Assembly (NCBI GenBank): GCA_002633005.1
Contig: NMRA01000001.1
Span: 1,521,755-1,585,754 of the forward strand
Source: Phoronis australis
Lineage: Eukaryota; Animalia; Phoronida
DNA: 64,000 bases
Direction of reading: 5' to 3'
A program made the translations under genes and the position numbers. Positions 1-12,000 of this stretch are shown here, in pieces; position 1 is the first letter of the stretch; each line of letters begins with the position of its first letter. A model generated the notes under the pieces. It was not told where the DNA came from and did not search any database. It saw nothing but the letters and a program-made list of their open reading frames with translations.

Positions 1-2051
1 TAGTTTATTTTACGGTAATGGTTGTGAAATACAAATGTGTAATGTGAAGTTTATCTATAATTGTATTCAGTTAAAAGTGCTTTGAGTCAGTTATACTGAT
101 GCTACAAAACCTGGTATATTGTGCAGCATTGCAATTCTGTTTCAGTATTGAAAAGGTCAACAATCTAAAAACAATGGGCTGTTTCGCTCCAATAGCATGC
201 GATTTATTAATAACCAGAATTACAGAAAATAACAAGAAGACATGATTTTTCAATGAACACCGGTTTTTCACTTATACGTTTTAAGTTTATTAGATTTGAC
301 CACTGATCTTTTTACGGACTGTATTATAACAAAAGGTTTTGACTGTCCAGGGGGATTAGCCTCGCTTCACTTCGACTTGTGTCTCCATCTTTTGAACTCA
401 TCAAGTAATACCATTGATTTTAGTGTTATTGCTGAAGGTACATTCCATGTTTTTAGCCTTCTGACATTGATCATTGGTGGTCAATCAGATACATTCCAAA
501 ATGTGAGATATTCTCTAAGATGGGTTGTGATAATGAGAGGAGGGGGTTCTTATCATTGGAATAGACGGAAAATGAAAAAGCATTCCCCATCATGGGGGCA
601 TGTGTTGGACAAGGGTCGTACCTGACCTGAATACTTGCATTTCAATTGGTTGATGGCAATGTTGTTACACCTATAGTACAAAGTGAATTGTGATTCCTCA
701 TTTGATGCGCATTCTCAGGCAGTCTGTAAACCGGTCATTGAGCTAAAACACTAGTGCTTTTTATAAAGGAACAAATTTCTTTGATTGTTCTTAAAGACCA
801 AGGTTTTAGTTGTCATGAATTCTTTTCTTTTCTATTCGCTAGAAAATAATCAGAATTAACAAGTCTGTGCTCAGTGTGGATTTTCAAAAGAGTACCCAAC
901 AACATAAAATCAAAAAAGCCCCCTGTGAAGGCTCTCGGGATCGTTTTGCGTTTCTGTCATTTGACGAACTAAGGTATGGAAAATGTGACAAGATGTACGT
1001 TTCCCAATTTTAGTCCTTAAAAGTACCATTGACATAATCGTTCATCAGTAAGTCAGCAGAGGCGTCACGCGACTACTCTTATAGTAGATAAACTGGTGCT
1101 GAATTGATTTCAAGTTCAGTGAAGTAAAAATTTTGGTACATGTAAAGACAAATCGCTGTTTCAGATGCCAGCTTCGCAAACGGTTGAATATTCTCAGTAA
1201 TCTGAAGTGCAGTGAATTGCTGCATCCTACAGCACTTATAAAGCCCACTGCTGGATGAGAGTGCTGTGACAAGCACTAAAAGTTTCCAAAGATTCTCAGC
1301 CCTTTTTTCCAAGCATGAGTGGTGGGGTTTGTGGACACGAAATAACTCCAGTAAAATGGACATTCCCCGAGGACTTTTTTGGAAATCCTCTGTAGCACAA
1401 AAATTAATGCTTCAAAGTGAAATGAGCTACGTGTAATAAACTAAGATGTGGCGCGGAATACTTAGACTTTTACCTACTAATGAATCTTGCATTTCTAGTT
1501 CTATGTTATTAACATATAGACTGGTGTAAGGAATGTATTGTTAATCTCATTAAACTCCTTTTACAGAAACATTTTCTTTTACTATTGGGGTATTCCTTTT
1601 ATAACTAATTTAGTAGCGAATGAGACTCCTTACCCTCGTCCTAGTTTGGCTATTGCACGTCAAGTCTTGCGTGAAGGTTACCCCAACTGCTGTACACCCT
1701 CATGAATTCCACAAGATTCGTATAGATTCAAATTGTTTTTTCTTTTCAAGTGGATTCTATGTTAAAATTTATTAGTTTAAGAACTTACGTTCACTAAGTT
1801 TGTACTCCTGAGTCTTGAAAGAGGAAGTTGCACTCTTCTTAGAGTTCAAACTAATAAACACTCATGTTTTTGCTACAGTGGTGCAATTTAGCTGTGACGA
1901 GTGCAAAATTCACAATTCACACTTGCCCATCGGGAACACAAATTCCCCATAAACTCTCAGTAGTTGTTATAAGCAGTAAAATAAGCTTTCATCTCCAAGG
2001 ACCAGGAGACCTGATCATAATGAGTCCTGCTTACCGATACAAAACTGTCCA

Positions 2052-2552
2052 TTAAATCAGTTTTTGGCCACAATAAGATCAAAAACCGGACGATCGCCGC
2101 ACAAATAAAAAAGTTCATGTTCAATTCAACGTTTTGTCTATTCATTAGACATCATCAGGATCATATTTACAACAATTTAGGACAACAAGTGCCAACATAC
2201 AGCTCAGGTAACATCCACAGAGTGAAGTGAGAGATACATAGAATATGGTCAGTAGCTGGTCATCACCATAGCTGCAGGGTTACAGAGCTCTGCATGTTAT
2301 TCAGAGAATCAGTGGCATGCTGGTTCTGAATGGCCAATGACTCTTTAATGTACAGTAACTCCTTATTGGGTTCTCTGCACATAATACTACATAATATTAT
2401 CTCTCACTTCACTCTATGGATGTTACATGAGCTGTATGTTGGTACTTGTTGTCCTAAATTGTTGTAAATATGATCCTGATGATGTCTAATGAATAGACGA
2501 AACGTTGAATCGAACATGAACTTTTTTATTTGTGCGGCGATCGTCCGGTTTT
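2052..2552. mobile_element. Inverted pair of Penelope-like pLTR fragments (2052-2345 minus; 2402-2552 plus)
   Basis: ~150-bp inverted repeat containing a hammerhead core; third family copy at 12465-12755. Confidence 0.6.
2472..2511 (+). ncRNA. Minimal hammerhead ribozyme-like motif
   Basis: CTGATGA-t-GTCTA-atgaa-TAGAC-GAAA-CG-TT; short imperfect stem I. Confidence 0.55.
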
Positions 2553-3180
2553 TAAAACTGCCCATGTTAGGGTATGCAGCTGTTTTTACCGTTTCTGCCT
2601 TTGCTCTGAAACGTGCACTTAGGCCCACATGCCTATGTACCAAAACAAGGAAATTATTTTTTTAAATAATTTTTGTTTTATTCTTGAACATAGGGGCGTG
2701 CTTGTGCGTCACTCATAAGCACGTCGGGCGAATACCTCCTTTCCTAAAATGGGTATTTCCTGAGTGCATTTTCGTCCTTAGTACATTTCATTGAATAGTT
2801 CAATGTAATGTATTACGGTCATTTGAAATGTTTAAGAAATGTTTCCCTCACAGGCTATTTTAAAACGCTGGTTTTTGCTCAAATGTTTAAATTGCTCTAT
2901 AAGTGCGTGCACCTGTTTTTAGATATAGCCTCACAAGTGGGAACATGAGGCTATGTTCAATAATTCTATCCGTCTCAAGGCTTAACTTGGTCTGTTCCTC
3001 CATTTTGAAATGCAATGCCCTCCAGCATTAGAAGAAAAGCCTAAAAATTCAGAGTGTATTTTTGTGTGTTTTCATTCAGTTAGTACAGAAATGGTGCAAA
3101 GAACAAGCTTTCAATGTAACTATATATTGTCAAATAATTCAGTCAATGTTCATGTAATATGTACTTAAAAACATTATTAA

Positions 3181-3513
3181 AGCTGTATTTGGGCCCTGTT
3201 TAGCCGTCTATGTTGAATTCCAAACCGAAGCGCTTGGGAGCCCATCATATCTTGAATTGTTGCTGAATGAGTTGCCAAATTGAGTCGCGTGAAATGCACA
3301 TGTGAGCCACTTTCGAATTCACAAGTTTAAGGTTGGCCAAACTCAATAAACACAGGCATTTTCTGGAATGACTGGTGGTTTTGACTTTCTTGGAAACTAA
3401 AATAGAATCTTATCATGGTAAGGAATGTTACCAGATTGATTTTATGAGAGTAAAAGACCAAATTCTATTTTTTTTTTTTTTTTTTAGCCCACTAAACAGG
3501 GTAAAATGCAGCT
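3181..3513. mobile_element. TTAA-flanked MITE (Kolobok/piggyBac-type)
   Basis: TTAA|AGCTGTATTT...AAATGCAGCT|TTAA with imperfect TIRs. Confidence 0.65.
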
Positions 3514-5862
3514 TTAACAAGCCATCAGTTTCCATAGCAACTACGTTTTTTCATTTACCAGAAAGTGTCTACAACCCTTGACCTAAACATTTAAGTGTTC
3601 TTGTCAATAAGCAGAAACTTGATTCACAAATTCCAACTTTCACTATGTAGTATTGTGAACAGTGTTCAACAAGGCAGTGTTTACTGGTGGTAAAAAGACC
3701 ACGATGAAATTATATCCAGTATTCAAAACACCATAAATCAGTAATCATCAGCTGGACAGGTGCTGAACACTGGCATAACAATCTTACAAATTCTCTTCAT
3801 AATTCTGAACTGGTTCTGTCTATTATATAACAGCGGTCCCATTTTGAAATGGCAACTTTTCTACACCATTCTAACAGTGACACAGCAACTAATCAACAAT
3901 AGTGAACATGAAGCAACTAAAGAGTTCTCAATAATAAATACATTCAAGTTCTACAACATTTAATAATAAACAACAAATGATTCAACAATACATTGGAGCA
4001 CCATAAAGTGTTACACATATTGTACATTATATTTCTATCTGGCAATGAGCTATACACTATAAAGTCTGACTAAAAGTCAGAAATTTGTCAGTGGTCAACC
4101 ACCTTCAACTACGGTAATTCACGTATTTAATTCACTATATGGCAGGCAAGGGAAATTTTATTCAGTAAACATTCACAACAAACAAGGACAAAGAAAATAT
4201 TAGTCTATTTTTAGCTTGGTTTGTGCTGTGTAGCTGTTACAAAACAACTTTTGGTAAAGTTTAAATTGTTTGCAGTAAGGTAATTAACATTTGAAAAATA
4301 GAAAGTGACCATTTTGGCAATTATTTTTGAGTGAAATAAGTGAAGAATTGACATACATATCTGTAACATAGGAGTCAAAAGCAGTGCATGATAATTTAAT
4401 GAAAGACAGTATAAACAAGTATAAACAGCATAGGCATTACAGTAGCCTCACCCCTAGTTTTAGGCAATAATGGTAAAATTTTCTGACAAAAAATGTGCAG
4501 GCAATTCAATTATAATTGTTTCCCACACCAAATCCAAATATCTCTTGTAGACAAAATATCAACTACATTGAGACAGTACACATTCAAGCATATTTAGCAC
4601 AGACAAGACCGTTTCACATATGCTTACATGTAAGAAACAGTTTTGTCATTATTTTGTCACACAACTGCTACCACTCCTGTGATAAACATGAAACTACTTG
4701 ATTGGAACAGTATGATAAGCACCATTTTATGATGTACACACAGCTGTGTATCCACGTTTTGATATTTTGGACCGTCTTCAACAGGATACTTTAGGGCAAG
4801 TTTAGTTGACTGATTTCGCTACTTATCATATAAATCATCCAGTACATCTGCTGTTGACAAGACATGTAAGTAAGAACTGTTTTTTGATTCATACTAGTAC
4901 TGCTCTCATTTTATGGTTATTTGCAGGATGTACATAAACCTCGTGGCACATTTGTAACCATAGGATACCAACGTTGCAAATTTGCAACACGATCAATGTG
5001 CGTTTTAAGTAGCCCAGAGTGGATGTTCATTCGATTTCTAGACAGTAACTTTGTCTACTTTATACACCTATATTCAATTGATTTCGTGAAATAAAAGTTA
5101 AGAAAGTGCATTTCAGAAAACCCAATTTCTACCAAGGTAACTTTTTCACAATTTTTGTACTTCTGGGCCTTCCAAGGTTAAAGGTATTAGGTCAAGGTCA
5201 AAATCACCAACTTGAATTAACCAGTCGCCAGGTGTCAATTACAGAGGAGTGTGGTCACATGACATAAACAAACCCCTGTCAATGACTTGCAGACATTTTA
5301 CTTGGACTTTTTTCTATATAGTACAAATTTCAGCTTCTGTGGATTTTGAGGTAAAATGGCTAAATGATGTCAATAGACATTGTGTAATTAGCAAATATCC
5401 TGATAATTTTATTGAGTATTACAATTCAATCTATTTCCAAACCCATGATTCATTCATCATAAGAGCAAGCCGGCCATTTTGTCAAAATTTTTGCAGAAAA
5501 AGCTAAAAGCAACCCATAAAAGTTCCTCGAATTAAAAAAAAATAATCGTTCAAGACTTTGTGGCAGTAAGCATTTTTTATCATAAATTAATTTTAAAGGC
5601 ACGTGGTGAAACTTTTCAAAGAAACTTTTGTCCCGTGACTGAAAGTATCTGTTTTCTGCCTTCAAAACACAACAACTTAACTCTAAATGAAGTATCGCTT
5701 AGACACACTTCGTTACTTGAGGTAATTGTCATAGTTTGTCTAAGATTGCATCAACACTGTTTGAGTAGGCAGAATGTTAGTCAATTTGGCGACTGGTTAA
5801 TTGTGTCTAGTAAGACTGCTGAGTGCTGGCCTTTGGACTGCAAACATATCAATAATTCACTT

Positions 5863-6078
5863 TCAAATATTGTCCCTATCCAAGAGCCCTGTGTCGCCAG
5901 AAGCTAAGACAGATTCTCCAACTGTTTGAGCTGGCACCAACGTTTCTGTGGTCTGATGAGAGCTCATCAGCTCAGCCTGGTGTTGCTGCTGCTGTTGAAG
6001 AAGGCGGATTTGAACTTTGACCTCTAGGCAAATCTGGCTTTCCTGGTGAGTCTTTTCACAGAGCAGGGCATTTTCTCT
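5863..6078 (-). CDS. RALBP1: RALBP1 terminal coding exon
   Basis: RENALLCEKTHQESQICLEVKVQIRLLQQQ...DRDNI*; cttcag acceptor; TGA at 5863-5865. Confidence 0.85.
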   Translation of the reverse strand, partial: RENALLCEKTHQESQICLEVKVQIRLLQQQQQHQAELMSSHQTTETLVPAQTVGESVLASGDTGLLDRDNI

Positions 6079-9000
6079 CTGAAGTTATAATATGTAGGAT
6101 TAATTATTACCCACTTTGGTAAAACTTCTTCAAATTAGAACATAATATGGAAGATGAGTGAAATTTCATTTTAACCTTTTTTCATGAAATTATGAGTAGC
6201 ACCAAAATAAATGCTTTAGTTACCATAACTACCATACTTCAGGTAATATGACTATTTCTTTGGGACATCCCAATTCACAGAATGATGAGTATCTATGGTT
6301 ATATCGAAGTCAGAATGGAGGTGTTATTTTTGGTGTAATAAACAGTTTCATTCCAATTATTCTATCTACCTACCTCCAGGCAACTGTTTTCACTCATATT
6401 TGGGTCACCCTGTATAACCACTATGTACTACCTCCAGGAAAATGTTTTCACTCATATTTGGGTCACCCTGTATAAACACTATGTCCTACCTCCAGGAAAC
6501 TGTTCACTCATATTTGGGTCACCCTGTAACACCACTACGCCTTACCTCCAGGCGACTATTTTCACTCATCAGCTGCTGCAAGACTTCCAGTAACTCATCT
6601 TCGTCCTCCTCACTGTCTGATGAACTATCCGAGGTTGACGATGCGTCCGAGTCCATGCTTTGCGACCGTATACTTCGTAGCTCTTCGATCTCTTCAATAT
6701 CCTGCTGCAGTCGTTCAATCTCTAATGTCTCTGACTCAATTTTCTTTTTAATCTCATCACCTGAATCAAAGATAAGGAAGGATGTAAGGCCACAATACAT
6801 ACAGTTAGTTCCGAATTCAATTTTTTTACATCAAAACAAGGACTAAACTAGAGAGACAATGCTAACGCCACGCACTTCCTTATTTAGAAAATTCACACAA
6901 ATGGAGATTTCATGGCAAATTTGAACTGAACACATTGAGCAACCATTTCTAATATTGTGTTCCTGCACCAAGCTAAGCACAGTCTCGTCAACATTACATA
7001 ACATTATATCATCACCCATAGTCACGTATCGCTAATAGTTCTTCCTCTTCCAACAACAAAATAACGTGTTCGTGTAGTAAGCTAAGCACAGTCTCGTCAA
7101 TATTATATAACATTACATCATCACCCATACTCACGTATCGCTAGTAGTTCTTCCTCTTCCAACAACAAAATAACGTGTTCCTGTAGTAAGCTAAGCACAG
7201 TCTCGTCTTCAGCATCATTGTCACCATCACTTGTATTGCCTACAAAGTACAACGGTCCATCAACAGTCAGCTGATATACAACAACATTTGGCAAGGGTTG
7301 ATCAGACATACAAAGTAAACCAATGCACTACCAAAGACAGGCCAACACAACTTTCATTTCACAGGTCCACAGTATATGTTTTGTATTTGAAGTTCCCAAG
7401 AATGAAGATAGGGTATTTTGCTAGACACGTGAAATATTGTGAATACGGACAATTTTTGTGAATGAGGGTTGAGATATACTTAAGCCACTTAAATGAAACA
7501 CACTCCAGAACACGTATTTGTTTTAGAGAACTAATTTTTACTAGATAACTGTTTATTCATCTTAAAGAAACTGAACAAAAAGTGATACAATTACTGCCTG
7601 CAAATCGATAACACTGCAGGCATTCATTTTTCTCTGATTTTAGATTGGCATGTTTTGGCAGCTTTGATGTTTGGTCATCCTCTGCTTGCGTTTTTACAGT
7701 CGGGGGTTTCAGTTGACAAAAGGCGACATCTATTGTCTGGGTGGCTTGAATAAAAAATGGTATTCCATGGCTAGCTGATCAACATCACAGCCCAGTGAAA
7801 GTTGCACCATGTTTCAGGCAATCAGAGGACAGAAGTATCAGTGAGTGCGTAATAATTACTGAAATTTTCACCTACCTGTGCAGAATTCATCATCAAGTGT
7901 TTCCTCACTGCTCTCTGTTCTTTCTACTGCTTCTGTGTCTGATCCCTCACCTTTGACCTCTGACCCAGCATCGCTCNACAATTAGTCCCGAATTCAATTT
8001 TTTTTACATCAAAACAAGGACTAAACTAGAGAGACAACGCAACCGCCACGCACTTCCTTATTTAGAAAATTCACACAAATGGAGGTTTCATGGCAAATTT
8101 GAACTGAACACACTGAGCAACCATTTCTAATAATGCGTTCCTTCAGCAAGCTAAGCACAGTCTCGTCAATATTATATAACATTACATCATCACCCATACT
8201 CACGTATCGCTAATAGTTCTTCCTCTTCCAACAACAAAATAACGTGTTCCTGTAGTAAGCTAAGCACAGTCTCGTCAATATTATATAACATTACATCATC
8301 ACCCATACTCACGTATCGCTAATAGTTCTTCCTCTTCCAACAACAAAATAACGTGTTCCTGTAGTAAGCTAAGCACAGTCTCGTCTTCAGCATCATTCTC
8401 ACCATCACTTGTATTGCCTACAAAGTACAACGGTCCATCAACAGTCAGCTGATATACAACAACATTTGGCAAGGGTTGATCAGACATACAAAGTGAACCA
8501 ATGCACTACCAAAGACAGGCCAACACAACTTTCATTTCACAGGTCCACAGTATATGTTTTGTATTTGAAGTTCCCAAGAATGAAGATAGGGTATTTTGCT
8601 AGACACGTGAAATATTGTGAATACGGACAATTCTTGTGAATGAGGGTTGAGATATACTTAAGCCACTTAAATGAAACACACTCCAGAACACGTATTTGTT
8701 TTAGAGAACTAATTTTTACTAGATAACTGTTTATTCATCTTAAAGAAACTGAACAAAAAGTGATACAATTACTGCCTGCAAATCGATAACACTGCAGGCA
8801 TTCATTTTTCTCTGATTTTAGATTGGCATGTTTTGGCAGCTTTGATGTTTGGTCATCCTCTGCTTGCGTTTTTACAGTCGGGGGTTTCAGTTGACAAAAG
8901 GCGACATCTATTGTCTGGGTGGCTTGAATAAAAAATGGTATTCCATGGCTAGCTGATCAACATCACAGCCCAGTGAAAGTTGCACCATGTTTCAGGCAAT

Positions 9001-12000
9001 CAGAGGACAGAAGTATCAGTGAGTGCGTAATAATTACTGAAATTTTCACCTACCTGTGCAGAATTCATCATCAAGTGTTTCCTCACTGCTCTCTGTTCTT
9101 TCTACTGCTTCTGTGTCTGATCCCTCACCTTTGACCTCTGACCCAGCATCGCTCTCATCTTCACCAACCTCTTCAGTCGTCTGCTCCAGGTTAACCTCTG
9201 CACTCTCTCCCACTTCAGACCCTTGACCCCCTTCATCAGATTCTTCCTTGCAAACCTCTTCTTCTTTTTCTTCAGGCGCTGGAGGAGGCATAAATTGCAT
9301 CTTGGCCGACTCAAACAATTTCTGCATTTCCTGGTTCATTTTCTTTTCTGACTCTATCCGCCTGGCCTCCTCCTGTTTCTTAAGTTCAATTGCTCTAAGG
9401 CGGTCTTGCTCTTTGACCTCCAGTTGTTTCTTAACCAGTTTTAGCTTGTAACAAAAACAAACATACCAAATGACAAATCTCAATGACATGACTGTACGCA
9501 TGGATCCATATGCTAAACACCTACTGGTGGCCCAGGACTGAGAATCTACCGATGACAGAGTAACAGAAACCTGCAAAATAAACCTTTTATTCATCCTAAT
9601 ACACACCAGATGATCCTGAGAGGATAACACTTTCCAGACTAACTCATTCACAGAAGGGATTCTCCAGATTAAATCAACCAGGATGCCACAGCATGAAAGA
9701 ATTCCGAATCCTATGTCAATAGCAAAGAAGTTCTGGTATCTCTCTAAATTCTATTCCTGCCCCATGAGGATTTTATGACATGCTTCCAACAAAACTCAAC
9801 AAATTGTAGAAAGTGAAAAATCTAAAAAAAATTAACAATGAATGTTGTCTTGAACTGATTAGAAGCTTCTGCAGTGATTATTAACAGTTGTTTCCAAGTA
9901 ACATCCACCAGTACCTTGAACATGATGAAGTCTGGCGTTTAAAGAAAAAGTCACTGTTGTAATCTCACATAGCTTATTTGGACTAACAAAGTGGGTCATG
10001 TTCACAGATGAAGCCACAGCTGCCACGAGCAACATGTTTTACTGCCACATGTGATTCAACAGTCATACTTGTCTTCCATATATAACTTCCTTCCAAATCA
10101 GGCTACACGTACAGTTAGTTACCCATCATTTGCATTCATCTTTTTAACCATATCATCACTGTGACAAGCCCCAAACCCAAGCCACGCCCACTGACGCAAT
10201 CTCAACCTCTCGTCTTCCTTCTCATTCACACATGTACGTTATACTCGGCCCTTTATATGGCTGCGCAAGATTAACTTCGGCGGATTTGCCATGTCAAGTG
10301 GCCATGGACATCATATGGGCCTGTAAGCCCGATGTCGTCATCATGACCAATCGGATGCTTAATCTGTTTGACCCGATGGAACCGGCAAAGTCAATCAAGA
10401 TGCAGCCACTGACACGCCCCTAACCCATGCCCCGCCCACTGCTCACTACTAACCTTCCTTTTTAGCTGTGTTACCACCCTCTGCACCTCCCACAGTTGTT
10501 CCTCCTTCTGTGACGTAGCCTTCCCACAATTCACCTCTTCGTGCAGCTGGTTCAACAAAGACTCCTGCTTCTTGATTTCCTCTTCTATGAGAGCCGGATC
10601 ATCGGGCACCTCAAGTGACCATTTGGATGAGGCTGGACGCAGGGGCGGTACATACCTACGATACGGCAACGGAGTAATGAAGAACTTCCACAGATTACAA
10701 GCAATTCTATCAACAGGAGCAAGACATTAATCACAAGACTGTGTCTTGGGAATTAAAAAAATAAGAAATGACTGCTATTAGGAATTGAAAATATTTAATG
10801 GGATTCTTTTGGAAACTTACATTGCTGTCTACAATGCCCTCACTCAGCCATGAGATTTTTTAGGTATTTTTAAGAGAAAGGTGTCACTTTGTTGGCAGAA
10901 TGCTACTGTATGAGAAGTCTGCCGACACTTCAGTCGACATGGTCGACAGAAAATATGCAAACTGTCCTTTTTAAGCTAAAAATTGAAGAAATAGTGACAT
11001 CTTTCTCACATTTTCCACATGCAAAACGTTCCAGAAAGAGTCGCTATGGAGCTTTTTCAAAACTTGTTTCCAAAAGAACATCATGGGGTCTTTTTATTGG
11101 CATCACTCTTTCAGGAATCCTGATAGTTCCAGCAGTAAGTTGCTAATTCTGCGATTAAGTTTCACCAACTTGTTCATTTCTGTTTTTAACACTGGCTACA
11201 AGTAACATTAGGTGCAAGGCACAATTGAAGCCCTTTTACATGGCAAAGGCACGAACATGAAATGTGCAATTGTGAATTACAAGAAACAATACATAACCCT
11301 TGGTGACCTACTTCTTTATATTGACATGACTGAACAGAGGTCGGCAGTGAATGAAGAGAACATTCAACACACGGTGGCTGATCTGCATGGTGGGACTCAA
11401 AACTATGGACACATTCTGGAGACTCATACGGTTGATCTTCTCCTGAAATGCAAAACAGAATAGAGGATTGTTTACAACAAGAAACATCTGATACGCAACT
11501 CTTAAGGGTGGCCAATTTAAGAAAGACACATCATAATTTTTTCAAGCACAGAATCGCGTCACTGGCTTGTTAAACACCTGCATCTGTTTAAGATGCAGCG
11601 CCATCTTTGAACAAGCACAGTTTCTCTTCACAATTTGCTCATAGTAGTCCAGGAACCTACAAAGTCGTGTGGTGAAATCCCATTTCAGGGTTTCCCATTC
11701 CTAGGTCTTCTTTCAAGAACCATTTTAGAAAAATGTGGGTATGGGTGAATTGACCCACATGGCCTCAACCAAAAATTATATGGGCCAATTTGGAAAACCT
11801 TATGGGCCATGTTAGTTTTTTGTCCGTTTTCACTTCCTATTTTAATGGGATTGTTGGCCCGAGTTAAGCAATCACAGTGCGTCAATGAAATTATTTTTGC
11901 GCACATGATTTAGCGCACAGTTTTTTCTGCTATTTAGTATCACTTTACATTTTTTGGCTTGTGTAACCATTCCCAGACTTTGTGAACTATTTGTACTAAA

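Larger units (their letters stand above)
6801..9154. repeat. N-joined tandem duplicate (6801-7976 / 7978-9154), probable haplotype artefact
   Basis: Single N at 7977; exon 11 is cut off at the N in the first copy. Confidence 0.85.

Noticed and set aside
296-1700. Short ORFs and an RCFRCQ knuckle-like peptide at the window start
   Set aside because: No splice-consistent exon chain or recognisable domain.
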